From an uncultured Actinomycetes bacterium (GTDB lineage Bacteria > Actinomycetota > Actinomycetes > Streptosporangiales > Streptosporangiaceae): 64,000 nucleotides of DNA. Below are positions 1-10,462 of the stretch, piece by piece. Every line of letters begins with the position of its first letter. Within the stretch, counting starts at the first letter, position 1. The notes beneath the pieces are model-generated. The model was given only the letters and a program-made list of their open reading frames with translations. It had not been told where the DNA came from and made no database searches. The stretch is from positions 7,450 to 71,449 of the forward strand of contig CAVYEA010000012.1 of the NCBI GenBank assembly GCA_963767385.1. The letters are read 5' to 3'. A program made the position numbers and the translations under genes.

Positions 1-2
1 AC

Positions 3-203
3 CTCGGCCTGGCCGTCCGGGCGCTCGCTGCGGCGGGGCCTTCCTGGCCAGCCCTGCACCATGCCGGCCCGGACCGGTTCGCCGAGGTGATGCGCGAGGC
101 GCTACGCCCGCTCCACAGAGAAGGCCTCGGGGTGCGGATCGTCTCAGAGTTCGGCTGGGTCATCGGCAAGGTGCCCGTGCCAGCCCAGCCCCCTGCCGGG
201 TAG
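3..203 (+). CDS. 3' end of an unidentified protein gene (5' part outside window)
   Basis: Open frame entering from window start with GC-rich third codon positions, TAG at 201-203; no motif recognised. Confidence 0.3.
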   Translation, partial: LGLAVRALAAAGPSWPALHHAGPDRFAEVMREALRPLHREGLGVRIVSEFGWVIGKVPVPAQPPAG

Positions 204-294
204 CCGGCAGCAACCCCCTGCCGCTTTCAGCACCCCAGATCCCAGTGAAGGCATCCTTGCGCAAGCCAATGATCTCCCCGCCTCAGTGCCCGCG

Positions 295-750
295 TCATTC
301 GCGTTCCACCACGCGAAGCCCCCTTTGGGGCGTCCACGACTCGATGACCAGCAACGTCGCCTCCGGGTTCAGCCGGGTGATGACGACCTCGGAAATGTCG
401 GCAAGAAACAGATCGCCAGCAGGCCCGTCGCCGATCGATCCGGCGAGAACCGCCCGCCCGGCGATCTTCGCCTCGCCCGGCCACTCGGCCTCCTTGCCCT
501 CCGCTGGGTGAAACGTCGGACCATGCAGGGCAAACCTCGGATCCCGCCGCAGATCCGCACCCTTGCGCGCCCCCGGCATCGACCCGAACCTGAGCTCACC
601 GTCAGCGAACTCGCACTCGACGCCCGAGATCCGCGGCGAGCCGCCGGCCCGCAACGTCGCGATCGTCTTGTGCCTGCCCGCGTCAAAGAGCCGGCGCACC
701 CGCGCCGCGAACTCGGGCTCCGCCTGCTCCACGTCCTTCCACGCTGCCAT
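295..750 (-). CDS. PPOX-class (pyridoxamine 5'-phosphate oxidase-like) split-barrel protein
   Basis: ORF 295..792; MAAWKDVEQAEPEF..ATLRAGGSPRISGVECEF..GSMPGARKGADLRRDPRFALH pattern typical of this family; start moved to ATG at 750. Confidence 0.75.
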   Translation of the reverse strand: MAAWKDVEQAEPEFAARVRRLFDAGRHKTIATLRAGGSPRISGVECEFADGELRFGSMPGARKGADLRRDPRFALHGPTFHPAEGKEAEWPGEAKIAGRAVLAGSIGDGPAGDLFLADISEVVITRLNPEATLLVIESWTPQRGLRVVERE

Positions 751-968
751 GGCCACAGTATCGGCCCGATCCCCTTCCGTAAGACAGGCCACCTGTCATC
801 ACTTTGGACATAGCCGCCGCGTGACCGCACTCCACCGACGTTCGCTGACCTGGCGGCGGGATTCGGGGGGCACGGGCTCCAGCATCCCGTATTCCGCAAT
901 GCCGGGCGTCAAGCCGAAGTCATGAGTGACGGCACGGGATCGCTCACCGGGCCGGCCGGTCCCGCAGT

Positions 969-1667
969 CTAGATCCGTTTGATGGTCACGAACCAGGCCG
1001 GTGCGCCGTCGTCGTGGTATCTCGTCTGAACCCGGTCCGGTTCGATGGCGGCGACATTCCATCCATTGCTGGGGCTGAACGCCGCTCTCAGCTCTTCCTG
1101 ACTGACGGGGTGCGGGCCAGTACCGGGACCATCGTCACTGAAGCACAACACGTACAGGGTTCCATCGCGCTCGGTCACCGACGCCAGGCTCGCCACGTAT
1201 CCTGGTCGCTCGCCGCCGTTGAAGGTGTGGAACAGTCCGCAGTCCAGCACCGTCTCGAACCTGCGCCCCAAACGCTCCAGCCGGAAAGCGTCAGCCGCAG
1301 CGAACTCAACCTCGATCCCGCGGTCGCCGGCCTTCGCCCGGGCGATCGCCAGTGCCGTCTCAGCCACGTCAACGCCCAGAACCGACAATCCCAGCGAGGC
1401 GACGTGTAGAGCGTTCTCGCCGGTCCCGCAGCCCGCATCGAGCACCGCTCCGGTGAAACCGCCTTCGGATGCGACACGCACTATTGCTGGCTGCGGCTGG
1501 CCAATATCCCAGGGCGCTGGGCCGTCGTGGTACGACGCATCCCAGGGCAGCCCCGTCAGCCGTTCGTGACTGGTCGGGTGCCGACCACGGAACGGATCGT
1601 CAGCGGGGGTTCCTGATCGCCCCGGCAACTTCGCCTCCTTGCCTGCAAACTGATCTTGCCACCTCAT
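969..1667 (-). CDS. class I SAM-dependent methyltransferase
   Basis: ORF 969..1685; motif I VLDAGCGTGENAL, PWDIGQPQPA N-terminal signature; start uncertain. Confidence 0.8.
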   Translation of the reverse strand: MRWQDQFAGKEAKLPGRSGTPADDPFRGRHPTSHERLTGLPWDASYHDGPAPWDIGQPQPAIVRVASEGGFTGAVLDAGCGTGENALHVASLGLSVLGVDVAETALAIARAKAGDRGIEVEFAAADAFRLERLGRRFETVLDCGLFHTFNGGERPGYVASLASVTERDGTLYVLCFSDDGPGTGPHPVSQEELRAAFSPSNGWNVAAIEPDRVQTRYHDDGAPAWFVTIKRI

Positions 1668-1701
1668 CGTGGCACGCCAAGCCACAGGTCTGGCTATTCT
1701 C

Positions 1702-2580
1702 CTAGCTGCCGAAGAAATCGCGCAGTACTGCCGCTACGCGATCGGGCTGGCGACTGTTGTCCGGGGCGGTGTGGCCTGCACCGCGTATCACCACTCGTCT
1801 TGCCCCAGGGAGAACGCTGCACAGGCCGTCGAGCGAGGCAGTGAGGTTGCGGGCGCTCCTGGAGCCGCCGAGCAAGAGAACCTCACAGGAGAGCACCCCG
1901 AATCGCTCCAGCGCTCCCGCCGCACCGTTGACCGTCTGAGCGTCGTAGCACAGGGTCGGGACCAGTTCGCGGGGGGACATGAGCCCGGCGGGTACGGGCC
2001 GGTTGGCCGTCCGCTTGATGGCGAAGTCCAGCACGGCAGCCAGGGGGTGCCGCGGGATCCAGCGAATCAAGGAGGTCCGGTCTGCGGTGGCCTTGAGCAC
2101 CGTGACGAGTGCGGCCCCGGGCTTGTCGGCATTGAGCTGTCGCTCGTAGCGGGGAGCCCAGTCACCGTGAACGACACCGTCGAAGCTAAGCGGAGGCTCG
2201 TAGAGCGCGAGCCTGGTGATATCCGGGCGGACTCGAGCCGCCTCAATCGCGATGACCGCTCCTGAGCTGAGCCCGAACAGACGGCTAGCGCCGGAAACGT
2301 CGAGAAGGGCGCTCAGGTCTTCGATCTCGGTGCCCAGCCCATGGAACTCACCATACGGTCCGCTCCTGCCACGACCACGCCGGTCGGGCACGTAGACCGT
2401 GAACGCCCCGGAAAGGGCACGGGCAAGTCGCGTCAGATTCCCCGACGACTGTCCCGCTCCATGCAGGAGGACGACCGCAGGACCGGTTCCGGCCCGCTGG
2501 TACCCGATGGTCGTGCCGTCAGCGGAGCGCACCTCATCAAGGGCGGGCCGCAGATCACTGGAGCCGAACTCCTCGTCCAT
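1702..2580 (-). CDS. alpha/beta-fold hydrolase
   Basis: 292-aa ORF; VVLLHGAG oxyanion region, GLSSG nucleophile elbow. Confidence 0.85.
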   Translation of the reverse strand: MDEEFGSSDLRPALDEVRSADGTTIGYQRAGTGPAVVLLHGAGQSSGNLTRLARALSGAFTVYVPDRRGRGRSGPYGEFHGLGTEIEDLSALLDVSGASRLFGLSSGAVIAIEAARVRPDITRLALYEPPLSFDGVVHGDWAPRYERQLNADKPGAALVTVLKATADRTSLIRWIPRHPLAAVLDFAIKRTANRPVPAGLMSPRELVPTLCYDAQTVNGAAGALERFGVLSCEVLLLGGSRSARNLTASLDGLCSVLPGARRVVIRGAGHTAPDNSRQPDRVAAVLRDFFGS

Positions 2581-2680
2581 GCGCCGACGCTACGCCAGGT
2601 CCGGCGAGCCAGATGCGGCAGAGGAATGAGCCTTTTCAGCTTTCTATGACTCCCCGCGTACTCTGAGCGGAGATCGACGG

Positions 2681-3343
2681 ATGGAAAAGGTTCGATGGAT
2701 GACCGTTCCGGACGGTGACGGGTCTGGCGCTGGTGATGATGTCCTGGAACTGGGCGGCCGGCGAAGGCCGTTCCTCAGGTGGTGGCCGCCGTCGGCCGCT
2801 CTCGTCCTCGGGGTCGCGGCGCTGCTGGGCGGCCTGGCCGTTGGCTACGCCGCCGGCGCCCGGCACGCCGGAGACCATGCCGCGCCGCCCTCCCCCTCGC
2901 CCTCGCCGTCCGGCGCCGCCGCGCCAGCCGCGCCGTTCTCGGCGGGCGGCTTCCCGCTGAGCCAGTCCGGTCCGCAGTGCTCCGTGCAGGTCGGCCGCGA
3001 GCTGCAAGTGGGCCTGCAGATCACGAACCTGTCGTCGGCAGCGGTCAGGCTCCGCCGGGTCGAGGTCGTGCTTCCGCTGGGCGGGCTCAGGGTGACCTCG
3101 CAAGCCTGGGGACCCTGCGGTGAGCTGCCGGCCACCGGTGAAGCGCCGGGCAGCCTTCTCCCCCCTACCCTCGGACGGGGGGCCAGCTCCTGGTTCACGG
3201 TCACCTTCCAGGTGCTGGTCAAGTGCCCGCAGCCGCTGCCGGTCCAGTTCACGCTCGACTATGACCAGCAGGGCCGGCCGGCGGCAATCCGGCTGCCGGG
3301 CTTCCCGGACCTGGGCCAGGTTCCCTACTCCGGATGCCCGTAA
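2681..3343 (+). CDS. hypothetical membrane-anchored protein
   Basis: 220-aa ORF, single N-terminal TM helix (ALVLGVAALLGGLAVGYAAG), Pro/Ser linker, normal composition; no family recognised. Confidence 0.5.
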   Translation: MEKVRWMTVPDGDGSGAGDDVLELGGRRRPFLRWWPPSAALVLGVAALLGGLAVGYAAGARHAGDHAAPPSPSPSPSGAAAPAAPFSAGGFPLSQSGPQCSVQVGRELQVGLQITNLSSAAVRLRRVEVVLPLGGLRVTSQAWGPCGELPATGEAPGSLLPPTLGRGASSWFTVTFQVLVKCPQPLPVQFTLDYDQQGRPAAIRLPGFPDLGQVPYSGCP

Positions 3344-3427
3344 GCGAGGCGGCACGCCATCGGCGATCAGGCCAAGTGCGGGCAACGCCAGTGCCAGGCC
3401 GGGCTTCGGGCCAACGGCCTGCACGCG

Positions 3428-4435
3428 CTAGCAGGTGATGGGGATCGAGAAGTTGTAGGCGTAGCGCTGCTGGCCGGCACCCCGGGTGCCGTAGATCCTG
3501 AGTGTGCCTGGTGCACCTGGGGAGCAGGGGTAGGGAGGGGTTTGTATCTGGGCGTAGCCCTGGGTGGCGCTGCCGGCGGTGAAGTCGATTGGGCGGGGCG
3601 GATTGCTGTCGAACTGGACGTAGTTCTTGATGAGGTTGGCGTCCATGTCGGTTTCGTTGATCACGAAGAAGATCGCGCCTGTGCCCTGGTTACCCTCACC
3701 CCAGGTCCATACGAGGGTGTTGTAGATATCGGTATGGGCGGTCTGGTTGCCAGCCTGGACGGCTAGCTCACGGTAGATGCCGGGTTCGCTGCTGGAGTTA
3801 TAGCTGAGCGTTACGTCACCATTCGCGCCTGTCGTGCCACTGGCAACAACCGTTCCGTCGTCGGTCAGGCTCGCTGCGTGATCCGGCGGGAAGCCTGTGC
3901 CGTTCACTGTGACGGTGTTATCCCCGAAAGACATGGTCGGGGAATGCCCGTAAGTAAGGGGGTTTTCCGCTGTCACGCTCGGCCCCGGCCAGGCCGGGCC
4001 GAAGTTCACGAAAACAGACTTCCCGGTAAGGGTGATGGCGATGTGGCAGACCGGGCCTGGTGCCGACTGGCATTTACTCCCGAGGAATGAATGCCAGGCC
4101 TGCCCGGCGGCGGGCTGGGCGGTTACCAGGATGCTCAGGTCGGTGGGGACTTGGATGACACAGGAGGTCATTCTGGCCGTGTGGTTCGCAGCCACCTGGC
4201 AGGTCCCCAGCATGTCGTTGTTCAGGTCGGTGACCGTGACGGCATTGCCCGTACCGGGACGCAGGCTCTGGACGACGACCCGCAGGGCCACCGTCGGGGC
4301 GGGCCCCGCGAGCGCCGTCCCCGAGCCATAAAGTGGCGTTCCTGTGAGCAGTGCCGCCAGGAGAAGCACCGGGAGCTTCCGATGCGATTTCGGTACTATA
4401 CCGCGAATGTCCCGGATGGCCGGTGTCCTGTGCAC
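3428..4435 (-). CDS. secreted hypothetical protein (Asn/Thr/Gly-rich, beta-rich)
   Basis: ORF 3428..4606; signal-peptide-like KLPVLLLAALLTGTPLYGSGTALAG; start set to in-frame GTG 4435; about 60% GC in stretches I hand-counted, lower than neighbours. Confidence 0.55.
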   Translation of the reverse strand: MHRTPAIRDIRGIVPKSHRKLPVLLLAALLTGTPLYGSGTALAGPAPTVALRVVVQSLRPGTGNAVTVTDLNNDMLGTCQVAANHTARMTSCVIQVPTDLSILVTAQPAAGQAWHSFLGSKCQSAPGPVCHIAITLTGKSVFVNFGPAWPGPSVTAENPLTYGHSPTMSFGDNTVTVNGTGFPPDHAASLTDDGTVVASGTTGANGDVTLSYNSSSEPGIYRELAVQAGNQTAHTDIYNTLVWTWGEGNQGTGAIFFVINETDMDANLIKNYVQFDSNPPRPIDFTAGSATQGYAQIQTPPYPCSPGAPGTLRIYGTRGAGQQRYAYNFSIPITC

Positions 4436-4714
4436 GGCGATTACGATACTGGTATTAGCGGCCGGGCGCCGCGGATTATTGCCGCCCGCCTCCGGGGGCA
4501 CGTGAAATATCCCCCGGTTATCCAGCACGAGAAAAAAGTTAGCTTCTGGATCATCTAGGTTGTGTCGTGCCGGTCGATAACAAGGCCAGGGGAGCCAATA
4601 CCTCAATCGTTCAGCGTTCCTGAGGTCCGGTTACTGATTGTGCTGGTGCCTGGTTTCTGGTGTGGTGTCTGTTTGGCGGTGACAGCGGTCGCGCGCTGGC
4701 GCCCGGTGTGCCCG

Positions 4715-6335
4715 GGTGCGCACCGGCTCCGACCGCGCCGGGCTGTGCCTCCTCTCGTGTCGCTAGGGTGATCCGTGCTGGTCAGGCAGGTGCGGGCAGG
4801 GCGCAGAGCCGCTGCCAGCAGGCGAGGAACGCCTCTTTCCATGGCCAGTCCGGGCTGATCTTCAGGACGCACTGACGGGCGTGATGGGCGAGCCGGGCGG
4901 GGATGTGCCAGATCCGGTAGCGGAGCGTGTCCGGGTCGGCTTCCCGCAAGTCCTCATCGTCGCAGTGGCCGAGGAGGCGAGTCCAGGCGGCGAGGTCGGC
5001 GGCGATGTTCGCCGCGATGACCCAGCCGCAATTGACCTGCCAGGTCTTTGACGGGAGGTTCCGCAGACCCATGGCCTTGGCGGTCCGGACGCCGCCGGTC
5101 TCGACGACGGCGTGCTCGCGGTGCACCACGTCGATGTACTGGGAGTGGTGGCTGCCCGGGACGCCCTTTATCCCGGTGTCGGGGATGTTCGTGCAGGTTA
5201 TGGAGTACTTCCAGCCGGTCCTCTTCTCATAGTCCGTCAGGTTCCTCAGGTGGCGGCGGGACGGCTTCACCCGCCGGGCGATCCACCGCAGGCCGCCGGG
5301 CCAGTTCCCGCGCAGCTCATCAGCTCCGTGATCTCCGCGACGTCCTTGTCGTCCTCGGCGCTGCCGTCCTGGCCGGTGCCGGGCTTCCACGCGTCCGCGG
5401 GGACCTGGCGGATGGCATCCTCCTCGGATGACGGTGATCATCCATCCGCAAGTGAACAGCACGATCCGCCGCGGGGAGGACAGGGACAGCAGGTGCTTTA
5501 CCAGTTCGTGGCTCGCCCCCGGCCCCGTCCACGCGGACCAGGACCCTGGCCCGGAACCGGGCCGGAACCTGGCGGATGGCCGCAGCCAGGACGTCCCGGT
5601 GATTGGTGAACGTGTTCGACCCGGCGTTGCCCGGGCGCAGCAGCATGGCCAGGCACTCGCGCGTGTTCGCGAGCCAGGCGCCCAGCGGGTGGAACAGGCC
5701 GTAGCCCTTCTTCCAGGTCGGAGCCGCGCCCTCCTTGTCCGAGCTGGCAGTGACCAAGGTGGCGTCCATGTCGATCACCAGCCAGCCCGTCAGGGTCTTC
5801 CCGGCGATGGCCAGCCACGGGAACCCGGCCGGAGTCCCCTCGATCAGCTGCCACACGTGCGCCCGGGCCTTCGCCCGGGCGCGGGCGATCCGCTCCAGCG
5901 AGGCCGCCATCCCGGCCAGGTCCAGGGCCCGCCGCACCGTCGGCCCGCTCGGCGCGTCCCCCAGCACCGGGGCCAGGTGCGCCAGCACCGCGATGTCGCT
6001 CATGCTGGTGGCCCCGAGCGCGATAGCCGCCGCCATCGAGACCAGCACGACGCCCCGGTCGAGAACGGGCGACTGCCCCGCCTTCCGCAACGCGCCGCTC
6101 AGCCAGGTAGTCAGTCCGGCCTGGTCAGCGGCCTTCCGCAGCAGGACCGCCCCAGCGTGGCCGACCAGGCCCGCCCCGTCTGCGGTGACCTTGAGGGCAT
6201 GGTCCCAGCCGTTATGCTGCATGGCGAAGAGCGCTCCAGTTCCTGGAATTACATGGTGTGGTAACCCGTAATCTCCCAGAACCAGGGCGCTCTTCGCCCT
6301 TAAACCCGAGTTGGGCCAAGTTAGTGCGCACCTGA
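4715..6335 (-). mobile_element. IS1380-family insertion sequence, decayed; ends only approximate
   Basis: Contains IS1380-type transposase remnants; only a 9-bp inverted match GGTGCGCAC (4715-4723 / 6324-6332, itself largely palindromic) marks possible ends. Confidence 0.35.
4782..6222 (-). pseudogene. IS1380-family transposase, interrupted by at least three frameshifts (about 5330-5470)
   Basis: ORF 5320..6390 carries the N-terminal part (MQHNGWDHALKVTADGAGLV..VIDMDATLV..), ORF 4782..5462 the C-terminal part (GNWPGGLRWIARRVKPSRRH..YRIWHIPARL); LFTCGWMIT and EDAIRQVPADAWKPGTGQDGSAEDDKDVAEITEL segments lie in two further frames. Confidence 0.8.
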
Positions 6336-6409
6336 ACGGCTGTGCATGCGGTCGAGGGCATCGCGCAGGTCGCCGGGTAGGGGCGGTCACGGCAGTGGCT
6401 TGTCCGGGA

Positions 6410-6868
6410 TTACGGCGCCACCAGCGACCAGAACACGTCTACATCGAAGTCGCCGGTCGACGGGTCGGGATCGCCGTAGATCTCCCAGCGAGGGCCGGCC
6501 AGCCGGTACCCGTTCGCTTTGCTCCACTCGCACACCGCCCGATGAGTGTCGCCGATCTTGGCGATCGGGCCGGTGTGGGTCGCGGTGGCGACGAGCCCGC
6601 CCGGAAGCGTTGACGCGACAACATGACCGACCGGCTCGAATGAGCCGCTTACCTGAACGCCGACTTCAACGTTGGGGACATCGTCCTTGTAGAGCATGAT
6701 GTTGTGGCCCTGCTTGTAGAGCCCCTCCGGAGCCTCGCCCCGAAGAAAGCTCCATACCTTGTCCAGCATCGGCCCCCACATCTTCGGGAACTCCGCCCAC
6801 GTCGTCGCCGCCGCTACCACCGCTGTCGGCGTCGGCTCGACGGTCTTCACGGTCACCTCAACAGTCAT
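6410..6868 (-). CDS. GyrI-like (AraC effector-binding domain) small-molecule-binding protein
   Basis: ORF 6410..6982, start moved to ATG 6868 (MTVEVTVKTVEPTPTAVV..); ..HTGPIAKIGDTHRAVCEWSKANGYRLAGPRWEIYGD typical of the family. Confidence 0.75.
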   Translation of the reverse strand: MTVEVTVKTVEPTPTAVVAAATTWAEFPKMWGPMLDKVWSFLRGEAPEGLYKQGHNIMLYKDDVPNVEVGVQVSGSFEPVGHVVASTLPGGLVATATHTGPIAKIGDTHRAVCEWSKANGYRLAGPRWEIYGDPDPSTGDFDVDVFWSLVAP

Positions 6869-7534
6869 GGCGCGGAGCATACGCCGCGGTCGTGACCAGC
6901 ACGTGGCCATCCGTCGGAGCTCTTTTGCGTCATCATCATGGGATGTGAAGACGCCTTGCCTGCCGACTGGATTAGTGCGCAACTTCGGCGAGCGCGAACA
7001 GCCAACCCGCAGGTCAGCGCGTTGAAGAACAGGTCAAGGCCAAATCGTGGCCTAAGTCAGGTTAAACCAGCAACGGACAGCCGCTCCGCACCCCAACCGC
7101 GATTCCCCTGCCTCCGCCGATCACCCCGCACCCAAAAGGTGCACGCGAACCCAGGCGCGACGCGACGCGAAACTCCAGCTCACAGACACATGAAAGCCGC
7201 CGAGCCACTCAGCTGACCATTAGCGCTGAATAGCGGAGGCCAATCGCCGCCCGCCCTGGTGATCGCTGCAGGACTGTGAGGAGACCATGCGGTTAAGCGC
7301 ATAAGCATGCGCCTGTGCGACGTCCCCTATCCGGCAAGGCCGGGCGTTCCCCCGGGCATCGGGAACCGGTGAGACGCCTGGCGGTCAGGTGCCGGGTGGC
7401 GGCGTGACGAGGACGATCTTGGTGCCCCGGCCGGGCCCGCGACCGTCGGCCGGGCCGCTGGGGCCCGGCCGGCGTCGTCCCGTGTTCAGGTGGGCGGCAC
7501 GCAGGTTGTGCGCACTGTCCTTCTTTGCCTGGGT

Positions 7535-8731
7535 TCAGCGAAGCGACCGGAACGCTGCCCGCATCTCGGCGGAGAAGAGGTCCGGCTGTTCCCAGGCGGC
7601 GAAGTGGCCGCCTCGGTCGAGCTTGTTGTAGTAGATGAGGTTGTGGGGATACGCGTGCTCCGCCCAGCTCCGGGGGGCTTGATAGAGCTCGTCGGGGAAG
7701 ACGCTGATGGCAAACGGGATCGTGATGTTCTTGGCGTCGAAGAAGTCCGCCTTGTTCTCCCAGTACAGGCGGCCCGAGGAAACCCCGGTGTTCGTCAGCC
7801 AGTACAGCGTGATGTTGTCGAGGAGGTCGTCTCGGGTCAGGTCGCCCGCCGGGTGTCCCTGCAGGGCCGGTTCGACGAGCCCGGGCTGGCCGGTACCGTC
7901 GCCGTGGTCCAGCATGAACGCGGCGAGATCGGCGGGGGAGTCCGCCAGTCCGTACAGCGTTTGCGGCCGCGTGGTCATGATCTGTGCGTAGGCCACGTGC
8001 TTGGCGTAGAAGGTGCTCAGTTGCTCGTACGCGCTTTTCTCCTCGGCGGACAGATCCGGTGGCGCCGGGTCGCCGCGCTGGACCGCCTTGTTGATGTCGG
8101 CTGGGGCGGTCCCCGGCATGTTGGAGTGAATGCCGAGCAACTCCGGAGCTGCCTGGATACCCATCGTCTGCGTGACGGCCGCACCCCAGTCGCCGCCCTG
8201 CGCCACGAACCGGGTGTATCCGAGGCGCTTCATCAGCACGACCCAGGCACGGGCGGTGCGGACGGGATCCCAGCCGGTGCTGGCTGGCTTGGCGGAGAAC
8301 CCGTAACCCGGCAGGGAGGGAATCACCAGATGGAACGCGTCCGCCGCGCTCGCGCCGTGCGCCGTGGGATTGGTGAGCGGTTCGATGATCTTCAGTTGCT
8401 CGATGATCGAGCCAGGCCACCCGTGGGTGACGATCAGCGGCAGCGCGTCCTGGTGCTGGGAGCGGACGTGGATGAAATGAATGTCCAGCCCGTCGATCTC
8501 GGTCATGAAGTTCGGCAGGGCGTTCAGCCTCGCCTCGCACTTGCGCCAGTCGTAGTCCGTCCCCCAGTAGCCCGCGAGCTCCTGCATCAGCGCGAGCCGC
8601 ACGCCCTGCGAATCGTCGGTAACCGTCTCGCGCTCGGGCCACCGCGTCGCCGCGATCCGCCGGCGCAGCTCGGCGACCTCCTCCTCCGGAACGTCGACGC
8701 GGAAGGGACGGATTTCAGTTTCGCTGGACAT
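7535..8731 (-). CDS. epoxide hydrolase (microsomal/EphA type, alpha/beta fold with EHN N-terminal domain)
   Basis: ORF 7535..8818, start ATG 8731 ([32 protein letters not shown]); HGWPGS motif; GGDWG nucleophile region. Confidence 0.9.
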   Translation of the reverse strand: MSSETEIRPFRVDVPEEEVAELRRRIAATRWPERETVTDDSQGVRLALMQELAGYWGTDYDWRKCEARLNALPNFMTEIDGLDIHFIHVRSQHQDALPLIVTHGWPGSIIEQLKIIEPLTNPTAHGASAADAFHLVIPSLPGYGFSAKPASTGWDPVRTARAWVVLMKRLGYTRFVAQGGDWGAAVTQTMGIQAAPELLGIHSNMPGTAPADINKAVQRGDPAPPDLSAEEKSAYEQLSTFYAKHVAYAQIMTTRPQTLYGLADSPADLAAFMLDHGDGTGQPGLVEPALQGHPAGDLTRDDLLDNITLYWLTNTGVSSGRLYWENKADFFDAKNITIPFAISVFPDELYQAPRSWAEHAYPHNLIYYNKLDRGGHFAAWEQPDLFSAEMRAAFRSLR

Positions 8732-9055
8732 GGGATCTGCTCCCTCTCCCCGGATGGGCTGACATGGCGGAAGAACGGCCTTCCTCCTGCGCCAGCGGCA
8801 CAGCTGGTATCGCCTCACGATCGCGCAGCGAACGGGCGCGTCGCGCCCGTGACATCCCTGGCCGTTACCCTGGCCGTTGCCGGGTTTCGATAGGGCGCAG
8901 CTGGAGCCCGCGCCGCGTCAGGTTCGTGGGGCGGCTGCGCTGGCAACCCTGAGCATGGTCGGGGTTGTCCCTGATGCCTTCGGGGATGCAGGTCAGGGTG
9001 CGAACCGGGGCTGATCCCGATCGACGGGGATCCTGGCCGGGGGCAGTCTTGAAAC

Positions 9056-9346
9056 ATGAACACAAGCACTGCAGGCACCGGGTCCGGCACCATTACTGAC
9101 CAGCCCGCCGCCCGCCAGTTGCGCCGGTCCGCCGAGGACAGGATGCTCGCCAGCGTGGCCGGCGGCATAGCCCGTTACCTGGGCGCCGACGTCACGCTGG
9201 TCCGCGTCATCATCGCCGCGCTAGCCCTGCTCACCGGTGCCGGCCTGGCCCTCTACCTCGCTGCCTGGCTGCTCATCCCCGAGGACGGCGAAGACCAGCC
9301 GCTCGCCGCGGCCTGGATCGCCGGCCGCCACAACCGATCCCTCTAG
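9056..9346 (+). CDS. PspC-domain membrane protein
   Basis: 96 aa; RSAEDRMLASVAGGIARYLGADVTLVRVIIAAL followed by TM helix. Confidence 0.75.
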   Translation: MNTSTAGTGSGTITDQPAARQLRRSAEDRMLASVAGGIARYLGADVTLVRVIIAALALLTGAGLALYLAAWLLIPEDGEDQPLAAAWIAGRHNRSL

Positions 9347-9389
9347 CCCTGCCTGCACCCTAGTTCCACCTGAATGGAGACCGATCACT

Positions 9390-9542
9390 ATGCCCGGGAT
9401 CATCGCCCTTGCCCTCATCGCCATCGTGGCGCTGACCGTCCTCAGCCTGGCCGTGCACATCCTGTTCTCCCCTTTGCTGCTGCTGGCGGTCATCGGCATC
9501 CTGGCCTGGATCAAGTTCCGCCCGCGCCGCTCCCACCAGTAG
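9390..9542 (+). CDS. small hydrophobic membrane protein (50 aa)
   Basis: ATG 9390, two predicted TM stretches (MPGIIALALIAIVALTVLSLAVHILFSPLLLLAVIGILAWI), 44 nt after PspC gene. Confidence 0.4.
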   Translation: MPGIIALALIAIVALTVLSLAVHILFSPLLLLAVIGILAWIKFRPRRSHQ

Positions 9543-9841
9543 CCGCGTTGCCCGGCCGCCCGCTGCCCGGCTGACCCTGAACAGGGCCGCCGGGCAGCGT
9601 CATGCCCGCCTCACACGGCCCGTCATTCGCAGGAAGTACCGCCTAGCCTGCTCGGCCGCGCATTGCGGCTGACCCTGGTGATCGGCGGCGCGGTAGCCGC
9701 AGCGACCGGAGCTGTGCGGCTGATGCCTGCGGTCACCGATCCGGACCGGCGGCACTACCCAGCCTCAGCAGCCCACCTGACTGCGAAGGGAGAGGCTGGA
9801 CAGCGACCAGCCGCGCCGGCACGATCGTGGTCGTTACGCCC

Positions 9842-10249
9842 TCAGTGCACCTGCACGGCCTGCGCCGTCTGGCCGCCGACCTGCGATCCGGGGCCTGGGA
9901 TGCCCGGCACGGTCACCTGCGCGAACTCGCGGAACTCGACTGCGGCCACCGCCTCGTGGTCGCCGGGCAGTAGTTCCGGGCGCCAGTCGGGCCCGCGGAA
10001 TCAGGCGGGAGCGTGCGCCCAGGCGAGTCGCGGGCGCCCATGGCGTACTGCGGGGCGGATTCAGTAGGGCGCGACGGCCGGCTCGTCCGTGGTGCTGGCG
10101 CCGATGCGGGCCGCCGCGGTGTTGGCCTTCCGGCCGCAGGCAGGTGCCTGCCAGCGGATGCGCAGCGGATGATTGAACCGCATGCCGATCAGGAAGACGA
10201 CGAAGTCACCATCGATGTCTGCCGTGAAACGGCCCTGATGGATCTCCAT
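9842..10249 (-). pseudogene. DUF4188-family protein remnant (N-terminal ~45 aa clear, rest scrambled over frames)
   Basis: [33 protein letters not shown] matches the family N-terminus; downstream similarity only in pieces in other frames, premature stop. Confidence 0.45.
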
Positions 10250-10462
10250 GGCTACCCCTCCTGCGCGGTTCATGTCCCGGCCAGCATGAACCTGCGGCAC
10301 CGGCTCGCACCAGCAGTGCAAGACGCCCCTCAACGCCAACGGGCGGGCCGGTCATGCCGCGCGCCGCGGCGCCGGATCCCAGGCAGCGCTACCGTGATGC
10401 TAGCCTGCGGGCCCGGTCATCCGGCATGGCCGGGGGGGCGCCCGCGGCGTGAGGAGGCCCGG

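Noticed and set aside
7293-8893. 449-aa and 467-aa ORFs overlapping the epoxide hydrolase gene
   Set aside because: They are alternative frames of the same high-GC region with low-complexity Arg/Pro/Gly translations. Only the 7535..8731 frame has HGWPGS and other family features.
9543-9841. Possible small gene or RNA between the small membrane-protein gene and the DUF4188 remnant
   Set aside because: All six frames give short or low-complexity translations, and no structured-RNA hallmark was seen.
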